DNA from: Tubulanus polymorphus
Taxonomy: Eukaryota; Animalia; Nemertea
Reading direction: 5' to 3'
DNA: 64,000 nt
Assembly (NCBI RefSeq): GCF_964204645.1
Contig: NC_134030.1
Coordinates: 2,646,778 to 2,710,777 of the forward strand
Position numbers and translations under genes: made by a program. The notes below the pieces were generated by a model. It was not told the origin of the DNA. It saw only the letters and a program-made list of their open reading frames with translations, and searched no databases. Positions 50,901 through 63,100 of this stretch are shown here, piece after piece (within the stretch, counting starts at the first letter, position 1; each line of letters starts with the position of its first letter).

Positions 50901-53879
50901 CCAGAAAATTCAGCGAGGGAAAGTGGCCATCATGATGTGTTCTCTTTTATGATTTTAGAGAGAGGAAGAGAAACAAAAGCAAATTGATTTATCAAACCAG
51001 CAGATGGCGTTAGCGGACAATCATTACGCATCTTCATTACTTGTGTATAAAGGATGGAAACCGTGGCGTCGTTTCATCGAACAATGTGGACAAGACACTG
51101 TCAACGCCACTCGACATCATAACTTAAAACTTCTACAGAAATTATTCCTCAATTGGAGATGGATGACTTATGAAGCCGTGCAGCGTCGTGAAGACGTCGC
51201 AGATGAGTTTTACAAGTGCCTTATTATCAGACGATGTTTTAACAGCTGGAAAAAGGTGAAAATCATTGACATTTTTTGTGGAGATTCGAACCTTATTTGA
51301 CCCACCCTCCCTCGCAGTGGATTGAGCCTGATGCCCTATTAGACCCACCCTCCCTCGCAGTGGATTGAACCTGATGCCCTTTTAGACCCACCCTCCCTCG
51401 CAGTGGATTGAACCTGATGCCCTTTTAGACCCATCCTCCCTAGCAGTGGATTGAACATGATGCCCATTTAGACCCATCCTCCCTAGCAGTGGATTGAACA
51501 TGATGCCCTTTTAGACCCATCCTCCCTCGCAGTGGATTGAACCTGATGCCCTTTTAGACCCATCCTCCCTCGCAGTGGATTGAACCTGATGCCCTATTAG
51601 ACCCATCCTCCCTCGCAGTGGATTGAACCTGATGCCCATTTAGACCCATCCTCCCTAGCAGTGGATTGAACCTGATGCCCTTTTAGACCCATCCTCCCTC
51701 GCAGTGGATTGAACCTGATGCCCTTTTAGACCCATCCTCCCTCGCAGTGGATTGAACCTGATGCCCTTTTAGACCCATCCTCCCTCGCAGTGGATTGAAC
51801 CTGATGCCCTATTAGACCCATCCTCCCTCGCAGTGGATTGAACCTGATGCCCTTTTAGACCCATCCTCCCTCGCAGTGGATTGAACCTGATGCCCTATTA
51901 GACCCATCTTCCCTTACAGTGGATTGAACCTGATGCCCTATTAGACCCATCCTCCCTCGCAGTGGATTGAACCTGATGCCCTATTAGACCCATCCTCCCT
52001 CGCAGTGGATTGAACCTGATGCCCTATTAGACCCAACCTTTTTGTGTTAATGTGTTAGATTTCGTGTAGAACTAGGAATGGATGGTCTTGGACTGGTTTC
52101 AAACACCCACTGCCCTGTAGAACTAGGCTGGTCTTGGACTGGTTTCAAACACCCACTGCCCTGTAGAACTAGGATGGTCTTGGACTGGTTTCAAACACCC
52201 ACTGCTCTGTAGAACTAGGATGGTCTTGGACTGGTTTCAAACACCCACTGCCCTGTAGAACTAGGATGGTCTTTGACTGGTTTCAAACACCCACTGCCCT
52301 GTAGAACTAGGATGGTCTTTGACTGGTTTCAAACACCCACTGCCCTGTAGAACTAGGATGGTCTTTGACTGGTTTCAAACACCCACTGCCCTGTAGAACT
52401 AGGATGGTCTTGGACTGGTTTCAAACACCCACTGCCCTGTAGAACTAGGATGGTCTTTGACTGGTTTCAAACACCCACTGCCCTGTAGAACTAGGATGGT
52501 CTTGGACTGGTTTCAAACAACCACTGCCCTGTAGAACTAGGATGGTCTTTGACTGGTTTCAAACACCCACTGCCCTGTAGAACTAGGATGGTCTTGGACT
52601 GGTTTCAAACACCCACTGCCCAGTAGAACTAGGATGGTCTTGGACCGGTTTCAAACACCCACTGCCCTGTAGAACTAGGCTGGTCTTGGACCGGTTTCAA
52701 ACACCCACTGGCCTGTAGAACTAGGATGGTCTTGGACCGGTTTCAAACACCCACTGCCCTGTAGAACTAGGCTGGTCTTGGACCGGTTTCAAACACCCAC
52801 TGGCCTGTAGAACTAGGATGGTCTTGGACCGGTTTCAAACACCCACTGCCCTGTAGAACTAGGATGGTCTTGGACTGGTTTCAAACACCCACTGGCCTGT
52901 AGAACTAGGATGGTCTTGGACTGGTTTCAAACACCCACTGCCCTGTAGAACTAGGCTGGTCTTGGACTGGTTTCAATGGTGATTATTATTTTTCAGTACG
53001 GTCAGTACGTGACAATCGAAGAAGAAAAAGCACAACGTTTTTACGATCAACATTTGATGTGGAGAATATTGCGTCGCTGGTCGGATTTTGCCGTCGGTGA
53101 AAAAGTGCGAATGTGGGAACTCGAGCGTAAAGCGAAGGAATTTAATTCCACGTAAGTTGTAATGGGGAATGTTCAATATTGCTGTGGCAATCGAGGGTGC
53201 AAGGATCCACCAGGTGTCGCTAGTTTCTTCTCCAATTCAGTTAATAATCGAGTGAATTTTTCTCTAAAAAGTAATCAAATATTTATGAATTATCTATACC
53301 AATCACTGAGTAGAAAAACGAAATGAATGTATATTTTGTGAGTTCTGTTATAAATCAATGGATTCATTAGTCTGTAACCTGTCTGTGGTTTAGTTTCATG
53401 ATTGAATGTTTTCATAAACTACAAAAGCCCATAGTATAAGCTTGATATATACCCTTGGTATAAGCCAATTTGTTTTAAAGTATATCACTGAAGATTAGTT
53501 AAATAACTAGGATTCAGGAGCCTGAAAATTATCAGTATAAAGGATATTGTGAGATAGCTGGTGTTGCAGTTCCCCATTAACACATTGTTTTATATTCTAT
53601 AATATGTTTTGTATACCTCTGTTCTCTCGTTGAGGTGATCAGTGTAAATAAATTTCAGTTAATTTCACATACAGTAAGTAGACAGTGGTCTATATAACGA
53701 TGTGTGTTTATAATTATAGACGTGTTGTGAGGACTGTTTTCCGAACTTGGCGCCGATTGCCGGACATCAATAGACGCGAACGCGAGAAAGAGGCTATGAG
53801 ATTAGAAATGAGAAGAAAAGTGGCATCGATTTTACCAGATTTCAGAGCCTCCGATAAACTGGACGATATCATAAACTAG
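41916..53879 (+). CDS. CCDC191: Coiled-coil domain-containing protein 191 (KIAA1407) orthologue, 18 exons
   Basis: Phase-consistent exons: 41916-41990 (least certain), 43019-43057, 43150-43288, 44336-44521, 45087-45262, 46250-46473, 46848-47022, 47310-47500, 48041-48278, 48766-48906, 49281-49463, 49542-49697, 49779-49980, 50344-50426, 50710-50811, 50959-51255, 52997-53151, 53720-53879. The motifs WLKKVEDAS, HDAAYSEAQDLLNEW, DPRTKMTLRHQQVKENREKREKELE and the Sfi1-like 'F..W' repeats match my recollection of human CCDC191. Confidence 0.88.
43300..43587 (+). mobile_element. piggyBac-like MITE, copy 2
   Basis: ttaa|ccctttcagtgc ... gcactgaaaggg|ttta; same family as 7907-8187. Confidence 0.88.
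43592..44265 (+). mobile_element. Decayed 3' end of an L2/CR1-group LINE ORF2, interrupted by a MITE
   Basis: Translates, with stops and frameshifts, to LQRVQNMA...YDRITSIRKQLH*LPIKARIDFKIL...GP.YL..ELL and YGD..AGPRLWNSLPLELK...FKTFLFKK, which is the typical L2 ORF2 C-terminus. Confidence 0.85.
43871..44133 (-). mobile_element. piggyBac-like MITE, copy 3 (inverted)
   Basis: Reverse complement of 43300-43587, inserted at TTAA within the L2 fragment. Confidence 0.85.
45305..45580. mobile_element. Foldback-type dispersed repeat with B-box-like arms
   Basis: Inverted arms (gccacggtacgaaacc / ggtttcgtaccgtggc). The same family occurs in opposite orientation at 22490-22810, with a fragment at 58522-58560. 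Confidence 0.6.
45633..46150 (-). mobile_element. tRNA-derived SINE with L2-type tail
   Basis: On the minus strand: A box TGGCCGAGTGG, B box GGTTCGAACCC, conserved central gtgtcctcgggcaagacact...ctccacccaggagtaaatgggtacc, and 3' tail aagcgctctgag...agcgctatataag followed by (TAT)n. Confidence 0.88.
51299..52036. repeat. 43-bp minisatellite (~17 copies)
   Basis: Unit gacccatcctccctcgcagtggattgaacctgatgccctatta, head-to-tail with no spacers. Confidence 0.96.
52066..52976. repeat. 46-bp minisatellite (~20 copies)
   Basis: Unit gtagaactaggatggtcttggactggtttcaaacacccactgccct, head-to-tail. Confidence 0.96.
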
Positions 53880-55484
53880 AGTCAACATGAATAAATACAC
53901 TGTATCCAGTTCTCCAGTTATGAATTAGAATTAACTCTAGTTCATTTTCAATGTTTTAATTCTTCCAGTCAAATAAATCTTAACTCATAACTGTGGAACT
54001 GGATCCTATTTATAATCATATTGAAATTGTTTTGATAAGTAAAGATCCTATCTTAATGCAACTACGAATAATCCGTCCTTGGTGTAAAGAAAAATGTTGA
54101 GATTTCATTTGTCCACATTTTGTTACAATAAATGAAAGCTTTTAAAGTTTCTAAATTTTGTAAATATATTCTTGTCGTTTTTCAACGGGATCGTCTCATT
54201 GTGAAATTTCTCAAGTGCCTTACTCGAACATGCCTATAGATCTATTTTGTAATGTTCAAGGAATGATTTTACCCCATTTGGTTGAAGGCCATATAGGCTT
54301 ATGCTCTACCCCCTGGGTCTTGGTGGTTACTGGGTGTTTCTCGTGTCTTGTTTGACCAATTGGATTCAAATTCGAGTATATTGTGAATGACCAAAAACTC
54401 TCGGACAAGTTTGATATTTGTGGTAATCGGATCTGAAAATGCTCATTTAGGCTATCGACTGATATAACATTCCATGTAGCGCTTTCCAACTACCGGGAAT
54501 AGGTAATTGACGAGACGACACACGCATTTATATTGAAAGAAACTTTATTCGTTGAATTTTTTGACAAACAAACAAACAATCATTCGACAACGTAATATAA
54601 ACGTCAACGCTACACAACTAATACACCATTATTATCATCATAATATTAACATTATTTTAATCATCCTAAATTGTTAAAAAGCGAATATAACGGAAATGTT
54701 TTATTTTGTATACCTAAACTTCAACAACTTTCTACAACGTATTCTAAACTCTATATGAACGGCAACGGATAAAAAAGAAAATCTAAACTTCATTTCGTTT
54801 TTTTAAATGCATCATTTTGAGAAAGGATTATGCGCTGCGCGAATAGAGATAGAGACATCACAAACACTATATACAACATCGGTGCAAAAATACTCATCAT
54901 TATCGTCATACGTCGTGTCACAATCAAATCTATTTATTGTGTGTGGATTATTGAATTATTTACAAGACGCAACTTGCAGTTTATTTACAATATACAATAT
55001 TTATACATTTTGTTCGCGCGATTTTTTCTCTCTCATTCAATTGGACTTAAGGAGTCTTTTTGCCAATCCATCTAATTGGTACAGAACTGGAAATATATCG
55101 GATATTCAGTTGTTGTCCGCGATTTTTGGCATTCTGTTAAGACATAAATGAGGTATGTACCCCAAAAAGTAAGCAAAATATCCCAGAAAAACAGGTCTCA
55201 TCCATTAATAAATAGACATTAGTTAGAAATAAAAACGAAACCAAACTATTTCGCGCCAGTACAAGAGGTCTTTTGACTCGACGATTGGTTGGCAAACGAA
55301 ACAAGAGATTTACGTGACAACCCTGGATATTCCTTTTATTATCCGCTGTTATTATCAGGGGCATATTCTAAGAACTTAGAACAGGGCAACGGGGTAAAGC
55401 TTCCTGTACCTATAGTTGCATATAGGCCTACATTAAGGTGCAGTACATGAACAGCGAGTACTGTAGGTGCAAAACCTTATGAGG

Positions 55485-55726
55485 TGAGGAGAGAATCCCA
55501 CAATGATAATAAAAAGTCCGAAAATGAAACGTCGAGATAGTAGTTTATTTCAACGTTTCGACTATATCCTAATAGTCATCTTCAGGAATAATGAAGATGA
55601 CTATTAGGATATAGTCGAAACGTTGAATAAACTACTATCTCGAAGTTTCATTTTCGGACTTTTTATTATCATTGTGGGATTCTCTCCTCATCGCGTCAAC
55701 ACGGATATTGTGTTTTACCTATCGTG
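55485..55726. mobile_element. Penelope-like element end in inverted (pseudo-LTR) arrangement
   Basis: Near-perfect ~205-bp palindrome (55485-55690) plus a 36-bp unpaired tail, flanked by the 12-bp direct repeat accttatgaggt (55474-55485 / 55727-55738). Related fragments lie at 2377-2535. Confidence 0.75.
55545..55592 (-). ncRNA. Minimal type-I hammerhead ribozyme motif
   Basis: Minus strand reads UUAUUC-CUGAAGA-U-GACUAU-uaggau-AUAGUC-GAAAC-GUU-GAAAUAA: both core boxes, a 6-bp stem II, a palindromic ACGU stem III and a GUU cleavage triplet. Confidence 0.65.
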
Positions 55727-56283
55727 ACCTTATGAGGTTTAGGAGAATCTGAATTTTTGGGCGAATCTATAACAAAATGACCAGCGCAATTGCGTTATCT
55801 TGGTAAAGATGGGGAGGTGGTCTTGTTCAACCTAAATCTGCCGCTGCGTAATAATGGCAAGTCACCGGCAAACAAATGACGTCACGTAAAAGACCTCTAG
55901 TTATAACGATAGGATGTGAAAAAGCGCGCTTTTCTGTACAATTTACAATATATACCATGCACGCATGCCTTTTCTCGTGCAAATCAAATTCTACGATACG
56001 TCACATTCTGAGAAGGACATTAACTACATTTTCAGATACGAGTCGAGACTGAAATAATGGCATATAATCTACTGTATAAAATGTATGTATATGACATTTT
56101 TTTCTATATAATAATCTATTCTTTGAGTTCAATTATACGACAAGCCATGATGACAAGTCACCGGAGACAAACGTTCTCGCGGAATCCCGTTTTCTAACGC
56201 TCGTAATCGAGATTTGCTATTAGCTGCGCAGACGATGAATTCTTTGCGCGGATGAAGTCGATGATCGTTCGATTTCACAGGTG

Positions 56284-59200
56284 TCACGGGGGCAGGCGTT
56301 GCAGTAAACCTCTCTTTCTCTGCTCCCCTGAAGAAAAACGTAAACCAATGAAATTCATACGATCATAAAATACCAACAAGAAACTAATCAGTAATCTTTT
56401 ATTTAACGTGCTCGTAACTTTAAAGCCGGTCAGGCGAAAAAGTGCAGCGCTAGTTAACCAGATCTCTCGAAGCAGTTTCACTCAAACTTGGTTTAATTGC
56501 CTTCCTGGTTTCATTGAGGTTATCAATTCAAACAACTTATAACCACTTTTTCTAGAAACTAAACCTTTTGCTACTTCCACGTTATAGGAGCGGCTGAAGT
56601 TATATTTGGAAATTCTGTAACATTTCAACGATTAAAATGATCTCCGTTTTATAGTAATCTTACATTTTCTATCGTAATATGCCATCGAAACAAAACATGC
56701 GCATGCAAAAATTCGTGATAGATAATTATGTTCTAAAAACAGCATGATGCAAAATTGATCGGTTAAGATGATAAATTCATGATCGATTCTTATCTCTCCA
56801 TAGTTCATAGTGAAGCAATTGCATTTAAGACAAGTTAAAGAGAGAAGGAGAGAGAAAGTGAGAAACCGAACCCAGTTCCATATATGGTTCTACAAATATA
56901 TGTATATAGTGCAAATGGAACAAATTCAAACTTTTCAACTATGTCTTCATACTTCAAATATGTCCGTTATTGCAGGTGTGAACGAGAAATGATCTCGATA
57001 AGTTCACATTCAACTCCCCTGCACTAGATGGAACAGGGTCTGAGTTATCATGCGGCGGTGGGGAGAAGCTTAAGACAATATCGGGGACAATACGAGGAAG
57101 GAATCAAAATAACCCACTTCAATTTTAGAATCAATGAATTAAACCATAGAAATAGAATAGATCGGTATCTTATTATTCGCGTCAGTTTAAATCATTCGTT
57201 CAAAAACTGTCCGTGGGTTTTCATTAACACACACATAAAAACGTGCGGATATTGCTACATTGATACAAACTGTGAGATTCACTGACAACTGGTTTTTTTT
57301 TTTACATCTACCTTTTTTGCTGAGAGGATGAACAGTGACGGCATTATCGGCCGTAGGACTAGTGACGGGAGACGAGGTCGAGTGTTCAACACGATAAGAT
57401 TGTTCACGCCGACGTTCTTTTTCAAAATGGCGACTGGTCGTGTGTTTGGTTGGTTGATTGGTTGGTTGGTTGGTTGGTAGAGTGCGCGTGCCAGGATGAC
57501 GACGATTTTTTAACATGCAAAAAGGAAAAACAAAGAGCCAACGATAAGCGCGAACACAATTTGACTGTATTTTAGTTAACCCGTCACAATATCGGGCTAG
57601 GGTTATATATATTATTTAGAGATGTTTTATTAAACTTTAAACTTATGGAGTCATTTTAGGCACGCCGTTAATTCATCGAAAATCCCAATTTTACCCAAAC
57701 ACACAAGTTCTGACAATGTCCGGCGTCACACTGAGTCTGATCCAAGCAATTGGACACAAATAGACGAACAAGGTGAATATAAGATATTTCAACATACATT
57801 ATCATAGAACATATTTTTGGTTTAATCTATATTTTCCGCGGGTTTTGTTTTTGTTCGGAATTTCATAACTTCCCGACGGTTTTAACAAGTTTTTTTCCCA
57901 TTAGACGGAAAAGTATTGATCGCAAATCTTCCCCGAAGCCTTCGGCAAACCGTAAATCAATAAACATTACTTTCGCCGAGAAAATGTCTATTATTCATTA
58001 TCGAATTATGGCTTATATTATGAAAGTCTATTGAAGCCATTAATGATGTAAGCTTTTAGTATAATTCAATTTCACACTGGACGCCGGTTTTTTTTAGCTT
58101 TGTTCGGTTCTACGCTTAGATTAATTGACGCTGCAAACTTAACACATCCTAGGCAGGAAGTGACGTGCTCGGAGGTGTCGCCATCTACTAGAAACGTGGC
58201 AAACTAAAAGGCGGGAATTTATAAATAATGAAAATTACCTCATCAGCGGAAACGATAGCGAAATTTTATAGGTTAGAGTTTTTGGGTCTGGATACAACGC
58301 GGGATGTGAAAATAGAGAAGAATTGATTATTATTACATCCAGGATTCAGTATAATGTATTAGTAATTAGTGACGGATATTTTGCCTCTTTCAATAGACAA
58401 CATTGTTACAAAACGAAGCCATCAGAAAATGGTGCGTGTGCGCAAGATGAGGCGTGTAAGATACAACTTCGCCCTAGCATGAGATCCGAAACGGCCGGCA
58501 TCGCTATGTAATTATACTAACGATGCCATCAGGTTCGAATCCCTGCAAAACAGATGGTACTCAACGAATATACTGCACACGATGAAATACTTAGTTCCAG
58601 CGGTAGGGGTATATATTTACACACACAATTTATTGACAAAACTTTGGGGTAGGGGAGAGGGGGTTGAGGTGCAGAGCCCTACCGCAGCATTTATGTAAGC
58701 GATCGAATGACTATCTTGTAGTAAGATTGTTGGATGCAGCGCTACTGTGGTAGGATACCGCTTGTCTTTTCGTTGAACTGGCGAATTGACTGGAAAAAAC
58801 AATTCGGTATATACCACGCACACCTGGTCTGATAGCGAGATATATATACTAAAATGCCGACAGGACGCGGGTTTTATAGTTAAAGTGTAGGAAGAGATGA
58901 AGAGAAATGTGGCAAAAAGCTTTGAAATGGGTTCACGAGAACTTTTCAAAGATTGCTGCTTTCGTTCGGAAATCCTATACGAGACGTCGTGAGTTGTTTC
59001 AAACTGGTAATAAGTTTAAGGTCGAATAAACGCGGTTTTGCGGGAAGCGGCCGTTATTAGAAGGGCCGAGAGATGGCGCTGTCGTCGTTGACGTTGAACC
59101 AGTGAGGCGCAGTGAACCGTTCGTTCCGCAACCGATCGATAAAAATGTACCAACTACTCTAAACAAAGCCTACTATTGCAGTGGTTTCTCGATTCACTTT

Positions 59201-60127
59201 TTTTATAAATTCAACTATTCATCAATTCAGTATAATCGAAGACATGGTCCACTGCAAACGTGGCACGTTCTAAAACACAGCATTCAAAAACCGCAAAGAA
59301 TGTGGTGCCACCTAGTGGACCGGATACGTACCACATCGTATAGAGAGCGATGACGACGAAGATGATGAACGCAGATCCGGCTCCTATCACCGCGTACATC
59401 CAAAAATTAGTGATGTCATCTTCTGTAAGAAAATAATTACGACTAAAAATTTGAGATCAAACTTAACAGTCACGAACACCATAACGTTTTGTACAATACG
59501 GGAAAACATGAAATGTTAGGGGTGGAGCAGTAAGGGGGGTAGATGGTTTGAGCGGCGTGGATGGATTCAGGATAAAGACGTTTGAAATCACGAGCACGAG
59601 ATGCCATTCAAAACGTAGTATTTAGGGGAATGCCGAGTAGTTTATTGTAATTTTCGAGCAAGAACTCGACAATGCGTCAAAACAAAGCGTTCAGGGAACA
59701 AAGGAGGATCGCGGGGTCGAGCAGAGAGATCAGAGATGAGAGGAGAGAGAGGGAAGGACGTTAACGCCACAACACTCATGCTAGAATAGTTTAAACTGGC
59801 AGCCTCTGATTACCGTATATACAGGTTGAACGTCAAATCTCTTATTGAAATATTTCCCTAAGCGAAACATTGATACTCATGAATTTGATTTCATTTCAAG
59901 GACTCGAAATCGTTAACACTTACTTGGCAGGAATAGAACTTGTTGATCTGCTGAATGACTCGCATTCGTGGACATGTTACACTGGTCGAGAATTTCGTCT
60001 TTATAGATAGGCGTGTAACCTTCCTTACATCGGCATTCATCGATATCAAAACAATACGAGAATATAACATCACAACTCGGCGAACATTCCTTCGTTTCCG
60101 CTGGTTTTGAATCTAACGGACATCCAC
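56284..60127 (-). CDS. Single-pass membrane protein with an EGF-like Cys-rich module, last 4 exons (5' end not identified)
   Basis: Phase-consistent exons: 60127-59924 (CSPSCDVIFSYCFDIDECRCKEGYTP...DQC), 59422-59332 (TM WMYAVIGAGSAFIIFVVIALYTM), 57433-57312 (RHFEKERRREQSYRVE...), 56327-56284 (EQRKRGLLQRLPP*). Confidence 0.75.
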
Positions 60128-63100
60128 CTGCGAAAACAAAAACAGAAGAAAAAAAATATCGAACGTTTTTTTTTTTTAATGCGAAAATGTTGTACGCGGG
60201 GCTCCGAGATGACAGTCCCACGATTAACAAACACGACGAGTTGTCCTTGAGCGAGGTATTCTCAGCGCCTTTAATCGTCAATTTCTATTCGGATGTTCCT
60301 TTTTCATCCGGATAAGCCTCGAGCTTTCGATAATAATACGCGCGATACGCGTTCTCACAATCTACCTTTCACTCTTACCGACCGCCCGTACTGTCAGGGA
60401 ATTGAATTTTTTTATCCCGCTCAGGATTTTTTTATCCCGCCGGCCAGTGTAACGATACAAGTTTCAGTAGCATTATTCTATCCAGCAAATCACTGTCGGA
60501 GGTCTTATCTCCGAGATAAATGAGAGACCAGAATTTATATCAGGTAGGTTAAACAGTCATTTTGCCGGAGAACTGATCGAATCCTAATTTGTCTCCATAC
60601 ATATTTATATATATATAGATAGAATGCCGTTAGACGGGATATCAGGATATCAGACACAATGGGAGTAAAAGGATTACGTATGATTGCCGAGAGAAGCGAG
60701 ACTGTTGGGGGTATCAGTGAACGAGCTATAGCCCGCAGTTTTGATCGAGATTTCTAGACATTTGGCAAATCGATGTTAAAACATCATTCTTAATTCCAAA
60801 AGGCAAATTCATAGCCATGTTTATGTAATTGAGATTATCGTCCATCCTACATATATCCAGGGAAGTGTGATGAGACACTCATCACACTTCCCTGATATAT
60901 CTATGTATTTACATATATTGTAATTATTTTTCAAATGTTCAAATGTCTTTTTGCTGAGCAAAATAAACTTAACTGTTATAATACCAATGATTTAAAATAA
61001 AGAAGTTTCCAGTTTCTAGGCGCCATTTTGTGGCGGTCCCTCGAGGTCCCCATTGTTGCGATAATTTGCGCTCTTTTTTGAAACAAAAGTTTAGATTGAA
61101 TATCATATAGCTCTACAGTCCCTAGCTTGATTAACTTGATTTATACACCGCTATGAAGGAAATGACATCTACATTTTTCCTAGTGATTCTCAAATATTTT
61201 GACCGCAACAATTGGGAGCAGTAATGATATTAAACCAGGGACCGCATATTTTAACCGCGCGTCAAAAAAAATCGCACTTTTTTCTTCTTGATAGTTATTC
61301 ATAAGTATTGAATTCGTCTGTCAGAATAATCAGGATATGTCTGACACAGCAACAGAATCATATTGACAATTTCGAACGGTTGGAACTGGTCATCGAGGAA
61401 CGGTGCAAATGACCTCAATACTCGTAAGTACTCTATACTAATGACGGGTGTCTAATTGAGGATTGATTGAATAAATCAATCACATCAAACGCTCCCAGGT
61501 CCCGGTTTGATGTTGGATATCGAAGATGACATGTAGAATTCGGTTTCTGAGTTCCCAGTTGACGCTTAATGTAATAATGATGATGACGGTTAATATTGCA
61601 GTTCTATACTGAATACACACATACCTTATTCCATTGCGATATTGTCGACGACAATGACTTAAAAATGACTCCAGTAAAATGTAAATGAATCCTGTTTTTA
61701 TGTATGATATATTACTATTATTATTGTGCCGCGCACAACCTGTCGTTTTCAGATCAAAAATAGAATTTCGCTTTCAACCATGCATGCGGTTTTCCTGACA
61801 TATTTTCAAAATGAATAGAATTGTTCCGCAATGCGCCTATTACAAACCCGTAAACGATTATAGGTTTTGTCGGCGCACTGTCTCTTCGGTAGCTAAATCT
61901 TGTTCTTATTTTTATTTATAGCGATAGATCTAACTCAAACCGTTCTAAGGATTGTTTTTCACCGTGGCGGTTTTACATTGTCACGAGAATTAGTTCCCAT
62001 ATTTTTTTATTAGATAAATCCGCGGTGTAATGAGTTTTGAGGTATCTTGCACCGGCACCGAACAGCATGTTAATTAGTGCGCGTCTGACGTCACTGTATT
62101 AGGTGTGGTCCGTCGTAAAAGACCGACTAATTTTCTAACTATCGGGTTTCGTTCTGGATTCTCGCGACGCGACGGGTTGAATACAAACGTTACCGATGCG
62201 TTAATTAAAATCTCCAGTTTCAGTTTCTGTCAGTCCTTTTTCCCAAGCTTGAGAGGCAAATTTATACCTAGATACCTCCGGCGACTTCCCGACGATAAAA
62301 CTACAGAATCTTTTCTATTCGAAACTGATGAAACCTCGCTCAATCTGGTGACGTTAAATAACGGGCTGCCGATTCCTGAAAAGTGTTATATCAGTAACAA
62401 ATTGAAATTTATTCAGTAACATTTCATCGAAATATGAAAGAAATTATTCGCATTAATCAGTTATCAAGTGGGTAAGACCCTCAGTAACAGCTTTCATATT
62501 TCTAAACGCATCAAACACAAAAATCGAATCAGTATTTCTAAGGGCAAAAAAGTAACAATGAACTGGAAACGAATTGAACAGTCGATCTATATTTGAATTT
62601 GAATATGAAAGCAATCAATTTTTATCGAGTGTTTTTTGTTTGTTTTTGTCAATCGACTCTAAAAAAACAAATCCGCGCTTTGTGTTTTATTCCTGCGCTC
62701 GTGTACAATGTACATAAATTACTTTTGCAGAGATAAACTGAAACTGAAAACAGAGAAATCAATTCCAAAAATTAAAACCACCTTCACCGCGATTATCTCC
62801 CCGCGGAAGCAACGATTTCCACTGATAAGATTAAGATAGTACAGACCGAACTCTTTTATTCTCTACCGACTGGAATTTGCATCTTTATCATCAGAATCTG
62901 GTCGTATACGAAATACAAATCCAACCTCGCAGATAAGACTTAAGAGTTCTCTGTCGCTGACAGCATTTAACGGCTTTGCTTACGACAGCCAAGTGTCTGG
63001 TTCTCAGATAAAATAAGACGCTCGTTGATGTTAAAGCGCGTTAGGTTTATCACGATATTAAACCTCTTGTGTAGTGAATGGTGGTTGCTTTTAGGCTTCT

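Noticed and set aside
51299-52976. CRISPR-like regular repeats
   Set aside because: They are head-to-tail units with no unique spacers and no cas genes, inside a eukaryotic intron.
61624-62270. Candidate upstream exons for the EGF-like gene
   Set aside because: The donor at 61624 is open only in phase 0 or 2, and the 62193-62267 candidate has stops in all frames. A phase-1 donor is required.
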